Assembly: GCA_964016885.1 (NCBI GenBank)
Contig: OZ024741.1
Location: forward strand, 235,476,001-235,540,000
Length of the DNA stretch: 64,000 nucleotides
Direction of reading: 5' to 3'
DNA from: Eledone cirrhosa
Lineage: Eukaryota
In this document: piece by piece, positions 14,405 through 27,752 of the stretch
Position numbering within the stretch: position 1 is the stretch's first letter
Layout of the letters: every line of letters begins with the position of its first letter
Program-made: the position numbers and the translations under genes
Notes under the pieces: model-generated
What the model was told of the DNA's origin: nothing
The model's database searches: none
What the model saw: only the letters and a program-made list of their open reading frames with translations

Positions 14405-15740
14405 CAGTAGGAGTGGTGGTGGTGGAGTAGGAGGAGGTGGGATGGTGGTTTGGTTGGTTAATTTCCAGATAGTTAGTTAAACTGGTGTCAGTGGTTGTGG
14501 TAGTGGTGGTAATGGTAGTAGTTTTGGTGGCAACAGTGTGGTAGTTTGTACTAATGGTAGTGATGGGGTGAGGTGGGGGCAATTGTGTGTGGCATGGTAC
14601 TGGTTATGGTATTGATAAAGATGGTGGTGGTGGTGGTGGTGGTGGTGGTGGGGTGGGGGTAGTTTCATTGTTGTTGTTGTTGTTGAGGTGGTGTTGATGA
14701 TGGTGGTGGTGGTGGTGTTCATTGTGGTGGTGGGGTTGGTGGTGGTGGAGGTGGTAGTGGTGGTGAGGGTGGCATTGGTGGTGATATTGGAGGTAGTGTT
14801 GGTTGTAGTGATAGTAGTGTTGATGGTGGTGCTGGTCCTGAGATGGTATTGGTTGTGGTGGTATTGGTGGTGGTGGCATTGATAGTGAAGGTGGAGGTGG
14901 TGGTATTGGTAGCGGTGATGGTGGTGGTGGTGGTATTGGTAGCGGTGATGGTGGTGGTGGTGGTGGTGGTAGTATTGGTATTGATGGTGTTGGTAGTGGT
15001 TGTATTGCTGGTGATGGTGGAAGTGGTGTTGGTTGAGGTGGTGTTGGTGGTGGTGGTGGTAGTGGTGATGGTTGTGTTGATGGTGGGATAGTGGTGATGG
15101 TGGTGATGGTGGTATTGGTGTTGGTGGTGGTGGTGTTAGTAGTAATCAAAATGGGAGTGGCGGTCTTAATGGTGTTGTTTCTGTTGTTGCTGGTGGTGGT
15201 GGGCAATGGTATGGTGGTGCTACTGTGGTGGTATGATGTTAAACAGCCTTCTTGTGGTAATGGTAGTATGGCATATGTGGGTTACAAGGAGGGCAGGTAG
15301 GGTGCCATGTGGGGGTAGGTAGGGGGTTGGAGAGCCCCTCCTCCACCCACCCACCCCACATGCAAATGTTAGATTGATTAGTATGTGGCTAAAGGGGCTG
15401 GGTAGATTGGTAGGTTGAAGTAGGTATTATGGTGGTGGTGGTAGTAGTGGTGGTGGTGGTGGTGGTGGTGGTGGTGAGGGTGGTGGTGTTGGTGATGGTA
15501 GTAGTGGTAGTGAGTGTGGTGGTGAGGGTGGTGGAGAGTATGTTGATGGGGGGAGGGGTAGTGGTGGTCTTGAGGGTGAGAATGGTAGTGGTAGTCGTGA
15601 GGGTGGGGTGGTGCTGGTAGTTAATTTAGTTGTGGTGTAGGTGGGGGTGATGGTGGTGGTGAGAGTGACAGTAGTAGTAGTGGTAGTTGTGGTGGTGGTG
15701 AGGTGGTGGTGGGTACTGTATTTGTGCTGGTCAATATGGT
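12880..15740. repeat. Degenerate (GGT)n/(AGT)n/(CA)n low-complexity region with short unique islands
   Basis: Direct inspection; interspersed-repeat fragment at ~13630-13770 is the reverse complement of a relative at ~35490-35650. Confidence 0.9.
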
Positions 15741-18700
15741 GGATATTGATGTTGTAGTTGTGGTGCTGGTGCTGGTGGTGGTGGTAATGTTGTGGTGGTG
15801 GTGGTGGTGGTGATGGTGATGGTAATGTTGTAGTTGTGGTGCTGGTGCTGGTGGTGATTGTAATGTTGTAGTTGTGGTGCTGGTGATGGTGGTGATGGTA
15901 ATGTTGTAGTTGTGGTGCTGGTGATGGTGGTGATGGTAATGTTGTAGTTGTGGTGCTGGTGATGGTGGTGATGGTAATGTTGTAGTTGTGGTGCTGGTGC
16001 TGGTGGTGATAATAATGTTGTAGTTGTGGTGGTGGTGGTGGTGATGGTAATGTGGTGGTGGTGGTGGTGGTGGTGATGGTAATGTAGTTGTGGTGGTGGT
16101 GATGGTAATGTTGTGGTGGTGGTGGTGATGGTAATGTTGTTGTGGTGGAGTTGGTGGTGGTGGTGATGGTAATGTTGTTGTGGTGGTGGTGGTGCTGGTG
16201 GTGATGGTAATGTTGTAGTTGTGGTGGTGGTGGTGGTAATGTTGTAGTTGTGGTGGTGGTGGTGGTGGTGGTAAGGTTGTGGTGGTGGTGGTGGTGGTGG
16301 TGATGGTAATGTTGTTGTGTGGTGGTGGTGGTGATGGTAATGTTGTTGTGGTGGAGGTGGTGGTGATGGTAATGTTGTGGTGGTGGTGATGGTAATGTAG
16401 TTGTGGTGGTGGTGGTGGTGGTGGTGGTGATGGTAATGTAGTTGTGGTGGTGGTGGTGGTGGTAATGTTGTGGTGGTGGTGGTGGTGATGGTAATGTAGT
16501 TGTGGTGGTGGTGGTGGTGGTAATGTTGTTGTTGTGGTGGTGGTGGTGGTGATGGTAATGTAGTTGTGGTGGTGGTGGTGGTGGTGATGGTAATGTTGTT
16601 GTGGTGGTGGTGGTGCTGGTAATGTTGTGGTGGTGGTGGTGGTGGTGGTGGTGATGTTGTGGTGGTGGCGGTGGTGGTGGTGGTGGTGGTAATGATGTGG
16701 TGGTGGTGGTGGTGGTGGTGGTGGTGGTGGTGATGGTAATGTTGTGGTGGAGGTGGTGGTGGTGGTGATGGTAATGTTGTGGTGGTGGTGATGGTAATGT
16801 GGTGGTGGTGATGGTGGTGGTGGTGATGATGGTAATCTTGTGGTGGTGGTGGTGGTGGTGGTGATGGTAATGTTGTTGTGGTGGTGGTGGTGGTGGTGAT
16901 GGTAATGTTGTGGTGGTGGTGGTGGAGGTGATGGTAATGTTGTTGTGGTGGAGGTGGTGGTGGTGGTGGTAATGTTGTGGTGGTGGTGGTGGTGATGGTA
17001 ATGTTGTGGTGGTGGTGGTGCTGGTGGTGATGGTAATGTAGTTGTGGTGGAGGTGGTGGTGGTGATGGTAATGTTGTTGTGGTGGAGGTGGTGGTGGTGA
17101 TGGTAATGTTGTGGTGGAGGTGGTGGTGGTGGTGATGGTAATGTTGTTGTGGTGGAGGTGGTGGTGGTGATGGTAATGTTGTTGTGAGGTGGTGGTGATG
17201 GTAATGTTGTTGTGAGGTGGTGGTGGTGGTGGTGGTGATGGTAATGTTGTGGTGGTGGTGGTGGTGGTGGTGGTAATGTTGTTGTGGTGGAGGTGGTGGT
17301 GGTGATGGTAATGTTGTTGTGGTGGTGGTGGTGGTGGTGATGGTAATGTTGTTGTGAGGTGGTGGTGGTGGTGATGGTAATGTTGTGGTGGTGGTGGTGG
17401 TGGTGGTGGTAATGTTGTTGTGGTGGAGGTGGTGGTGGTGATGGTAATGTTGTTGTGAGGTGGTGGTGGTGGTGGTGGTGATGGTAATGTTGTTGTGAGG
17501 TGGTGGTGGTGGTGGTGGTGATGGTAATGTTGTGGTGGTGGTGGTGGTGGTGGTGGTGGTAATGTTGTTGTGGTGGAGGTGGTGGTGGTGATGGTAATGT
17601 TGTGGTGGTGGCGGTGGTGGTGGTGGTGGTGGTAATGATGTGGTGGTGGTGGTGGTGGCGGTGGTGGTGGTGGTGATGGTAATGTCGTGGTGGTGATGGT
17701 GGTGGTGGTGATGATGGTAATCTTGTGGTGGTGGTGGTGGTGGTGGTAATGTTGTTGTGGTGGTGGTGGTGGTGGTGGTGATGGTAATGTTGTTGTGGTG
17801 GTGGTGGTGGTGGTGATGGTAATGTTGTTGTGGTGGTGGTGGTGGTGGTGATGGTAATGTTGTTGTGGTGGTGGTGGTGGTGGTGATGGTAATGTAGTTG
17901 TGGTGGTGGTGGTGGTGGTGATGGTAATGTTGTGGTGGTGGTGGTGGAGGTGATGGTAATGTAGTTGTGGTGGTGGTGGTGGTGGTGATGGTAATGTTGT
18001 GGTGGTGGTGGTGGTGCTGGTGATGGTAATGTTGTGGTGGTGGTGGTGCTGGTGGTGATGGTAATGTTGTTGTGGTGGAGGTGGTGGTGGTGATGGTAAT
18101 GTTGTGGTGGAGGTGGTGGTGGTGGTGATGGTAATGTTGTTGTGGTGGTGGTGGTGGTGGTGGTGATGGTAATGTTGTTGTTGTGGTGGTGGTGGTGATG
18201 GTGGTAATGTTGTTGTGGTGGTGGTGGTGGTGATGGTAATGTTGTTGTGAGGTGGTGGTGGTGGTGGTGATGGTAATGTTGTGGTGGTGGTGGTGGTGGT
18301 GGTGGTAATGTTGTTGTGGTGGAGGTGGTGGTGGTGATGGTAATGTTGTTGTGAGGTGGTGGTGGTGGTGGTGGTGATGGTAATGTTGTTGTGAGGTGGT
18401 GGTGGTGGTGGTGGTGATGGTAATGTTGTGGTGGTGGTGGTGGTGGTGGTGATGGTAATGTTGTTGTGGTGGTGGTGCTGGTGGTGGTGGTAATGTTGTT
18501 GTGGTGGTGGTGGTGGTGGTAATGTTGTGGTGGTGGTGCTGGTGGTGGTGGTAATGTTGTTGTGGTGGAGGTGGTGGTGGTGATGGTAATGTTGTTGTGT
18601 GGCGGTGGTGGTGATGGTAATGTTGTTGTGGTGGAGGTGGTGGTAGTGATGGTAATGTTGTTGTGGTGGTGGTGGTAATGTTGTTGTGGTGGTGGTGGTG

Positions 18701-20760
18701 GTGGTGGTAATGTTGTTGTGGTGATGGTAATGTTGTTGTGGTGGAGGTGGTGGTGCTGGTAATGTTGTGGTGGTGGTGGTGGTGGTGATGGTAATGTTGT
18801 TGTGGTGGTGGTGGTGGTGATGGTAATGTTGTTGTTGTGGTGGTGGTGGTGGTGATGGTGGTAATGTTTTTGTGGTGGTGGTGGTGGTGATGGTAATGTT
18901 GTTGTGAGGTGGTGGTGGTGATGGTAATGTTGTGGTGGTGGTGATGGTGGTGGTGGTAATGTTGTTGTGGTGGAGGTGGTGGTGGTGATGGTAATGTTGT
19001 TGTTGTGGTGGTGGTGGTGGTGATGGTAATGTTGTTGTGAGGTGGTGGTGGTGATGGTAATGTTGTTGTTGTGGTGGTGCTGGTGGTGGTGGTAATGTTG
19101 TTGTGGTGGTGGTGGTGGTGGTAATGTTGTGCTGGTGGTGCTGGTGGTGGTGGTAATGTTGTTGTGAGGTGGTGGTGGTGGTGGTGGTGGTGGTAATGTT
19201 GTTGTGGTGGTGGTGCTGGTGGTGGTGGTAATGTTGTTGTGGTGGTGGTGGTGGTGGTAATGTTGTGCTGGTGGTGCTGGTGGTGGTGGTAATGTTGTTG
19301 TGGTGGTGGTGGTGGTGGTAATGTTGTGGTGGTGGTGCTGGTGGTGGTGGTAATGTTGTTGTAGTGGAGGTGGTGGTGGTGATGGTAATGTTGTTGTGTG
19401 GTGGTGGTGGTGATGGTAATGTTGTTGTGGTGGAGGTGGTGGTGGTGATGGTAATGTTGTTGTGGTGGTGGTGGTAATGTTGTTGTGGTGGAGGTGGTGG
19501 TGGTGATGGTAATGTTGTTGTGGTGGTGGTGGTAATGTTGTTGTGGTGGTGGTGGTGGTGGTGGTAATGTTGTTGTGGTGATGGTAATGTTGTTGTGGTG
19601 GAGGTGGTGGTGGTGATGGTAATGTTGTTGTGGTGGAGGTGGTGGTGGTGATGGTAATGTTGTTGTGGTGGAGGTGCTGGTGGTAATGGTAATGTTGTTG
19701 TGGTGGTGGTGGTGGTGGTAATGTTGTTGTGGTGGTGGTGGTGGTGGTAATGTTGTGGTGGTGGTGCTGGTGGTGGTGGTAATGTTGTTGTAGTGGAGGT
19801 GGTGGTGGTGATGGTAATGTTGTTGTGTGGTGGTGGTGGTGATGGTAATGTTGTTGTGGTGGAGGTGGTGGTGGTGATGGTAATGTTGTTGTGGTGGTGG
19901 TGGTAATGTTGTTGTGGTGGAGGTGGTGGTGGTGATGGTAATGTTGTTGTGGTGGTGGTGGTAATGTTGTTGTGGTGGTGGTGGTGGTGGTGGTAATGTT
20001 GTTGTGGTGATGGTAATGTTGTTGTGGTGGAGGTGGTGGTGGTGATGGTAATGTTGTTGTGGTGGAGGTGGTGGTGGTGATGGTAATGTTGTTGTGGTGG
20101 AGGTGCTGGTGGTAATGGTAATGTTGTTGTGGTGGTGGTGGTGGTGGTAATGTTGTTGTGGTGGTGGTGGTGATGGTAATGTTGTTGCGGTGGTGGTGGT
20201 GGTAATGTTGTTGTGGTGGTGGTGGTGCTGGTGGTGATGGTAATGTTGTGGTGGTGGTGGTGGTGATGGTGATGGTAATGTAGTTGTGGTGGTGGTGGTG
20301 GTGGTGGTAATGTTGTTGTGGTGGAGGTGCTGGTGGTGGTGGTAATGTTGTGGTGGTGGTGCTGGTGGTGGTGGTAATGTTGTTGTGTGGTGGTGGTGGT
20401 GATGGTAATGTTGTTGTGGTGGAGGTGGTGGTGGTGATGGTAATGTTGTTGTGGTGGTGGTGTTGGTGGTGATGGTAATGTTGTTGTGGTGGAGGTGGTG
20501 GTGGTGATGGTAATGTTGTTGTGGTGGAGGTGGTGGTGGTGATGGTAATGTTGTTGTGGTGGTGGTGTTGGTGGTGATGGTAATGTTGTTGTGGTGGAGG
20601 TGCTGGTGGTGGTGGTAATGTTGTGGTGGTGGTGCTGGTGGTGGTGGTAATGTTGTTGTGTGGTGGTGGTGGTGGTGATGGTAATGTTGTTGTGGTGGTG
20701 GTGCTGGTGGTGGTGGTAGTGTTGTGGTGGTGGTGCTGGTGGTGGTGGTAATGTTGTTGT
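15740..20760. repeat. Compound minisatellite GGTGATGGTAATGTTGTTGT(GGT)n
   Basis: Fixed GGTAATGTTG(TTG)T anchor separated by variable (GGT)n runs over 5 kb. Confidence 0.95.
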
Positions 20761-23700
20761 GGTTGTGGTGGTTGTGGTTGTTGTGGTGGTGGTTGTTGTG
20801 GTGGTGGTGGTTGTTGTGGTGGTTGTGGTTGTTGTGGTGGAAGTTGTTGTTGTAGTGGTGGTGGTTGTTGTAGTGGGTGTGGTGGTTGTGGTTGTTGGGG
20901 TCGATGTTGTTGTTGTAGTGGTGGTGGTTGTAGTGGTTGTGGTGGTTGTGGTGGTTGTGGTGGAAGTGGTTGTTGGGGTTTGTGTTGTTGTTGTAGTGGT
21001 GGTGGTTGTTGTAGTGGTTGTGGTGGTTGTGGTGGAAGTGGTTGTGGTTGTTGTGGTCAAAGTTGTTGTTGTAGTGGTGGTGGTTGTTGTAGTGGTTGTG
21101 GTGTTTGTGGTGGTTGTGGTGGAAGTGGTTGTGGTTGTTGTAGTCGAAGTTGTTGTTGTAGTGGTGGTGGTTGTTGTAGTGGTTGTGGTGGTTATGGTGG
21201 TTGTGGTGGAAGTGGTTGTGGTTGTTGTAGTCGAAGTTGTTGTTGTAGTGGTGGTGGTTGTTGTAGTGGTTGTGGTGGTTGTGGTGGAAGTGGTTGTGGT
21301 TGTTGTAGTCGAAGTTGTTGTTGTAGTGGTGGTGGTTGTTGTAGTGGGTGTGGTGGTTGTGATGGAAGTTGTTGTAGTGGTAGTGGTTGTTGTAGTGGGT
21401 GTGGTGGTTGTGATGGAAGTTGTTGTTGTAGTGGTAGTGGTTGTGGTTTTGGTCGAAGTTGTTGTTGTAGTGGTGGTGGTTGTTGTAGTGGGTGTGGTGG
21501 TTGTGATGGAAGTTGTTGTAGTGGTAGTGGTTGTTGTAGTGGGTGTGGTGGTTGTGACGGAAGTTGTTGTAGTGGTAGTGGTTGTTGTAGTGGGTGTGGT
21601 GGTTGTGATGGAAGTTGTTGTTGTAGTGGTAGTGGTTGTTGTAGTGGGTGTGGTGGTTGTGATGGAAGTTGTTGTTGTAGTGGTAGTGGTTGTTGTAGTG
21701 GGTGCGGTGGTTGTGATGGAAGTTGTTGTAGTGGTAATGGTTGTTGTAGTGGGTGTGGTGGTTGTGATGGAAGTTGTTGTAGTGGTAGTGGTTGTTGTAG
21801 TGGGTGTGGTGGTTGTGATGGAAGTTGTTGTAGTGGTAGTGGTTGTTGTAGTGGGTGTGGTGGTTGTGATGGAAGTTGTTGTAGTGGTAGTGGTTGTTGT
21901 AGTGGGTGCAGTGGTTGTGATGGAAGTTGTTGTAGTGGTAGTGGTTGTTGTAGTGGGTGTGGTGGTTGTGATGGAAGTTGTTGTAGTGGTAGTGGTTGTT
22001 GTAGTGGGTGTGGTGGTTGTGATGGAAGTTGTTGTAGTGGTAGTGGTTGTGTTTGTTGTGGTGGAGGTTGTTCTTGTAGTGGTGGTGTTTGTTGTAGTGG
22101 TACTGGTTGTTGTAGTGGTTGTTGTGGTGGAAGTTGTTGTTGTTGTGGTGGAGGTTGTTGTTGTAGTGGTGGTGGTTGTGGTTGTGTTTGTTGTGGTGGA
22201 AGTTGTAGTGGTGGTGGTTGTGGTTATTGTGGTGGTTGTGGTGGAAGTTGTAGTGGTGGTGGAGGTTGTTGTGGTGGAAGTTGTTGTTGTAGTGGTGGTG
22301 GTTGTTACAGTTGTGGTGGAAGTTGTAGTGGTGGTGGTTGTGGTGGAAGTTGTAGTGGTGGTGGAGGTTGTTGTGGTGGAAGTTGTTGTTGTAGTGGTGG
22401 TGGTTGTTACAGTTGTGGTGGAAGTTGTAGTGGTGGTGGTTGTGGTGGAAGTTGTTGTTGTAGTGGTTGTGGTTGTTGTGGTGGTTGTGGTTGTTGTGGC
22501 GGTTGTGGTTGTTGTGGTGGTTGTGGTTGTTGTAGTGGTATTGGTTGTTGTGGTGGTTGTGGTTGTTGTGGTGGTTGTGGTTGTAGTGGTGGAAGTTGTT
22601 GTTGTTATAGTGGTGGTGGTTGTTGTAGTGGTGGTTGTTGTTGTAGTGGTCGTGGTTGTTGTAGTGGTTGTGGTTGTTGTGGTGGTTGTGGTTGTAGTGG
22701 TGGAAGTTGTTGTTGTTATAGTGGTGGTGGTTGTTGTAGTGGTGGTGGTTGTTGTAGTGGTCGTGGTTGTTGTAGTGGTTGTGGTGTTGTTGTGGTGGTT
22801 GTGGTTGTTGTAGTGGTGGTTGTTGTAGTGGTACTGGTTGTTGTGGTGGTTGTGGTTGTTGTGGTGGAAGTTGTTGTTGTTATAGTGGTTGTGGTTGTTG
22901 TAGCAGAGGTGGTTGTTGTAGTGGTTGTGGTTGTGGTTGTTGTGGTGGAAGTTGTTGTTGTTATAGTTGTTGTGGTTGTTGTAGCTGTTGTGATTGTGGT
23001 AGTTGCGGTGGAAGTGGTTGTTGTGGTGGAGGCTGTTGTTGTGCTGAAAGCTGTTGTTGTTGTGGTTGTTGTTGTGGTTGTTGTTGTGGTAGAGGTTGCA
23101 GTGTGGTGCGGTTTGTTGTTGTGATGGCTGTTGGTATTGTGTTGGTAATTGTTGTGGTGTTTGTTATTGTGGTGATGGTTGTTGTGTGGTGGGGTTTGTT
23201 GTTGTGATGGTGGTTGTTGGGTTTGTGGTGGTGTTTGTTACTGTGGTGATGGTTGTAGGTGGTGGGGTTTATTGTTGTTGTGGTGGTGGTATGGTGGTGT
23301 TTGTTGTTGTGGTGATGGTTGTGGTCTGGTGGTGTTTGTTACTGTGGTGATGGTTGTTGTTGTGGTGGGGTTTGTTGTTGTGGTGATGGTTGTTGTTGTG
23401 GTGGGGTTTGTTGTTGTGGTGATGGTTGTGGTTGTGGTGGGGTTTATTGTTGTGGCGATGATTGTTGTTGTGGTGAAGTTTGTTGTTGTGGTGATGGTTG
23501 TTGTTGTGGTGGGGTTTATTGTTGTGGTGATGATTGTTGTTGTGGTGGGGTTTGTTGTTTTGGTGATGGTTGTTGTTGTGGTGGGGTTTATTGTTGTGGT
23601 GATGATTGTTGTTGTGGTGGGGTTTATTGTTGTGGCGATGATTGTTGTTGTGGTGAGGTTTGTTGTTGTGGTGATGGTTGTTGTGGTGGGGTTTGTTGTT

Positions 23701-25300
23701 GTGGTGATGGTTGTTGTTGTGGTGGGGTTTGTTGTTTTGGTGATGGTTGTTGTGGTGGGGTTTGTTGTTGTGGTGATGGTTGTTGTTGTGGTGGGGTTTG
23801 TTGTTTTGGTGATGGTTGTTGTGGTGGGGTTTGTTGTTGTGGTGATGGTTGTTGTTGTGGTGGGGTTTGTTGTTGTGGTGATGGTTGTTGTGGTGGGGTT
23901 TATTGTTGTGGTGATGATTGTTGTTGTGGTGGGGTTTATTGTTGTGGCGATGATTTTTGTTGTGGTGGGGTTTGTTGTTGTGGTGATGGTTGTTGTGGTG
24001 GTGGGGTTTGTTGTTGTGGTGATGGTTGTTGTTGTTGTGGCAGTTGTTGTGGGGATGGTTGTTGTTGTGGTGGGGGGGTTTTGTTGTTGTGTTGATGGTT
24101 GTTGTTGTGGTGGGGTTTGTTGTTGTGGCGATGGTTGTTGTTGTGGTGGCAGTTGTTGTGGTGATGGTTATTGTTGTGGTGATGGTTGTTGTTGTGGTGG
24201 GGTTTGTTATTGTGGTGATGGTTGTTGTTGTGGTGGCAGTTGTTGTGGTGATGGTTGTTGTTGTGGTGGGGTTTGTTGTTGTGTTGATGGTTGTTGTTGT
24301 GGTGGGGTTTGTTGTTGTGGTGATGGTTGTTGTTGTGGTGGCAGTTGTTGTGGTGATGGTTATTGTTGTGGTGATGGTTGTTGTTGTGGTGATGGTTGTT
24401 GTTGTGGTGGTGGCTGTTGTTGTTGTGGTGATGGTTATTGTTGTGGTGGGGTTTGTTGTTGTGGTGATGGTTGTTGTTGTGGTGGGGTTTGTTATTGTGG
24501 TGATGGTTGTTGTTGTGGTGGCAGTTGTTGTGGTGATGGTTATTGTTGTGGTGATGGTTGTTGTTGTGGTGGTGGCAGTTGTTGTGGTGATGGTTATTGT
24601 TGTGGTGGGGTTTGTTGTTGTGGTGATGGTTATTGTTGTGGTGGGGTTTGTTGTTGTGGTGATGGTTGTTGTTGTGGTGGCAGTTGTTGTGGTGATGGTT
24701 ATTGTTGTGGTGATGGTTACTGTTGTGGTGGTGTTTGTTGTTGTGGTGATGGCTGTTGTTGTTGTGGTGATGGTTGTTGTTGTAGTGGGGTTTGTTGTTG
24801 TGGTGATGGTTGTTGTTGTAGTGGGGATTGTGGTTGTGGTTGTTGTTGTGGTGGTGGTAATGGCTGTTATGGTGGGAGCTATGAGTGTTGTGTTGCCTGG
24901 AGGGTGGAGGGGGTGTTATGTGGGTATTGTACTGGTGATGATGACCATAGTGGTGGTGGTGGTTGTGTAGTGGTAGGGTGTGGTGTGGTGCAGTGAAGTA
25001 GAGCTGATGGGGGTGTGGGGGTGGTTTGTATGTCAAGAGTTGCTGATGCAGTAAAGCTTATAGAAACCTAGTGAAATGGGTGGGTGGGTTTTAGTGGTGG
25101 TAGTGGTGGTGGGTACTGGGGTTAGATGTGGGTGGATGGGTTTTGGTGGTGGTGGTGGTGGTGGTGGTGATATGGCAGTGGTTGAGTGTACATAGCAATG
25201 CTGGTGGTGGTGGTGATGATGATGATGTGGGTGTGGTAGTTGTGATGGTCATGATAATGATGATGATGATAGGCAGGGTAGGCAGGGGTGTGTTTTCCTT
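20761..25300. repeat. GTT/GTG/GTA trinucleotide-derived minisatellites (GATGGAAGTTGTTGTAGTGGTAGTGG... then GGTGATGGTTGTTGTTGTGGTGGGGTTTGTTGTTGT)
   Basis: Unit type switches at ~20760 and ~23100; same strand bias (G/T on +) as the preceding array. Confidence 0.93.
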
Positions 25301-25938
25301 GTGTAGCTGATGGGGGTGGGTTGAGAGAAAAGTGGGGCAGGGGTGGGTCCTACTGTGAAGGCCAGTGACTGAAGACTGGAGAGTGTTGGTTGGAGGGGGG
25401 GGGTTGAGAGATGGTGGTGATGATAATAATGCCAGTGGTGTTGTTGGTGGTGGTTTGGGGGGAGGGGGGGGGTTAAATGTGGTGGTGGGGGGGGGGATAA
25501 TAATGGCAATGATGATGGTGGTAGTGGTGGAAGATAAGTGAGAAAAAGAAAACAGGAGGGGAAAGAGTGGAGAGACAGGAAAACTGTCCACCCATCCACC
25601 ACCCCTCATCTCCACCCCCTCCCCACAACCAACCCCCACCCGGTCATCACACATCCACCCCATCCCAACTCTGACAAGGAGATGGCTGGCTGGTAAGAAA
25701 TAGGTGGGTGAACATGTGTGGGGAGTAGGGTGGGAGGAGGAGAGAAGTGGGTGTTAGGAAGAGGTGGCCTGAAGGAGGGTGGGAGCCATATAGGGGATGT
25801 GACAGCCAGCACCCACTTCCCCTTGCCCTCATAGCCATCCAGTTTTTCACTGACATAGCATACATACACATTTATATACAAACACACATACTAACATATA
25901 TATATATATTCACACACACACTCACACATATATGGGTG

Positions 25939-25984
<46 letters not shown>

Positions 25985-26000
25985 GCATGTATATAGATGC

Positions 26001-26095
<95 letters not shown>

Positions 26096-26150
26096 TACAT
26101 ATATATATAAACACATACATACATACATATATATATATATATACGCATAC

Positions 26151-26181
<31 letters not shown>

Positions 26182-26404
26182 TATATATATTAATATATGT
26201 GTACATATGTATATATATATTTATATATACAGAGAGAGAGAGCAGGGGAGGGGCATATTTCTATCAGATTGTCACATTCTGAGACTAAACTGGTCAGATG
26301 AGTGTATCCCACTCATATGTTCCATTTTGGCATTAATTCTACTGATGGATACCCTTCCTAATGCTAACCACTTCACAACATAGCAATGCTACCACTACCA
26401 CAAA

Positions 26405-26740
26405 GGCACAGGGTTTAGTGGTTAAAGAGTTGGATTCCCAATTGTGAGATTGTGAGTTTGATTTCCAGACTGGTTGATGCATTGTGTCTCTGAGCAAGAC
26501 ACTTTATTTCACATTGCTCTAGTTCACTTAGCTGTAGAAATGAGTTATGACATGGTGTATTGACCTTTCTTGAATGACGTCAGTGGCATGAAGGAGAGGG
26601 ATGACTGGTATGCATGGACAACTGCTGGTCTTCTCCCAGGTGGGGTGTGGGTGGAGCTTGTGCCTCAAAGGGGAACTTTCTAGGTGCAAAGCTCAAGATC
26701 ATTCATGACCGAAGAGGTGGGGGAGTAACCATTTACCCTT
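26405..26740 (+). mobile_element. tRNA-derived SINE family B
   Basis: A-box-like GGTTTAGTGG, degenerate B box, body GAGCAAGACACTTTATTTCACATTGCTC; homologous to 31463, 49265 and 63001. Confidence 0.75.
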
Positions 26741-27266
26741 GCCTCCACCTAACAGAGTGAACTGGGTGCTTTTTATCATTGCACTAGCTCTACCACTTTA
26801 CTTACTGGAGTGAGTGCATTTTATTGTGGAACCAGCACTACAACTTCACTGGGTGTGTTGTCCTGGTCAGGTTAGGTTAGAAAGGCAGTGATGGGAGTGG
26901 AGTAAATTTGAGAAGGGGCAGGGGAGTAGGCATGATACATGTTGCTTGCTAAGGATGGGGGGTGCGAGATTACTTGCAAGAGGGAAAGGTGATCTTAAAG
27001 AGAGTGAGGGATGTTTTGCTGTCCTAGGACAGCCTAGGAAGGCATTGATGTGTGTGGGGTGGTGGCAGATACATATTCCTTGCCAAGTAGGTGAGAGATG
27101 ATCTTTATATATATATATCCAGGGAGTGTAACGCAGAGTTACTGTTACCCCGGGCTAGATTGATACAGATCAAACCTTGAACTGATCAGTAGCGAAACGC
27201 GCGTCACCAACCAATAAACGTAATGAAGGAGTAACCATTCATCCTTGTATTATGTGGATTGGCAAA

Positions 27267-27458
27267 GGGCAGTGGATTGGCAGTATCGGTAGAGAGTCGG
27301 ACAACATGCTTTCCAGTGTAGATAAGTCCCTTTATGGTCTGAGTTCAAATCCCGCCAAGGTTAACTCTGCCTTTCATCCTTACGGGGTCGATAAAATAAA
27401 GTACCAGTAATGTACTGGGTAATTGCTGGCCTTGTGCCAAAAGTAGAAACAATTATTA
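27267..27458 (+). mobile_element. tRNA-derived SINE family A, near full length
   Basis: TGGCAGTATCGG A-box-like, GAGTTCAAATCCC B box, CCTTTCATCCTTACGGGGTCGATAAAATAAAGTACCAG, ends in ATTATT+(TA)n. Confidence 0.88.
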
Positions 27459-27535
27459 TATATATATATATATATATATACATGCACACACATAGATACA
27501 TATATATATATATATATATACACGCACACACATAG

Positions 27536-27595
<60 letters not shown>

Positions 27596-27752
27596 GCACA
27601 CACATACATACATATATTATATATATATATAAGAAGGTCTTATGGGCATGAAGGATCACATCATACTCCACATTGGTGATCTTAGCAAGCGTCTTATTCC
27701 ATGAGGGCTCTTACTGGATTAATAATAAGAAATATGTATATATATATGTAAA

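Noticed and set aside
15240-15420. Unique island with octamer ATGCAAAT (15360-15367)
   Set aside because: A single 8-mer is expected by chance in 64 kb; no supporting promoter or snRNA context
15427-21060. 1877-aa Thr/His/Pro ORF resembling a mucin or extensin
   Set aside because: The C/A-rich strand of the minisatellite has essentially no stop triplets, and the peptide cycles through all three repeat frames; no signal peptide or unique domain
20980-24996. Cys/Gly-rich ORFs resembling keratin-associated proteins or metallothionein, and poly-Val ORFs
   Set aside because: Alternate frames of GTT/GGT/TGT repeats; the frames drift into poly-Val; no ATG start or splice evidence
25600-25860. Possible small host exon (CTG|GTAAGA at ~25690)
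   Set aside because: No convincing acceptor, reading frame or homology visible; needs RNA-seq
25872-26282. YI/HT/CV-rich ORFs here and throughout the window
   Set aside because: Translations of (TA)n and (CA)n microsatellites
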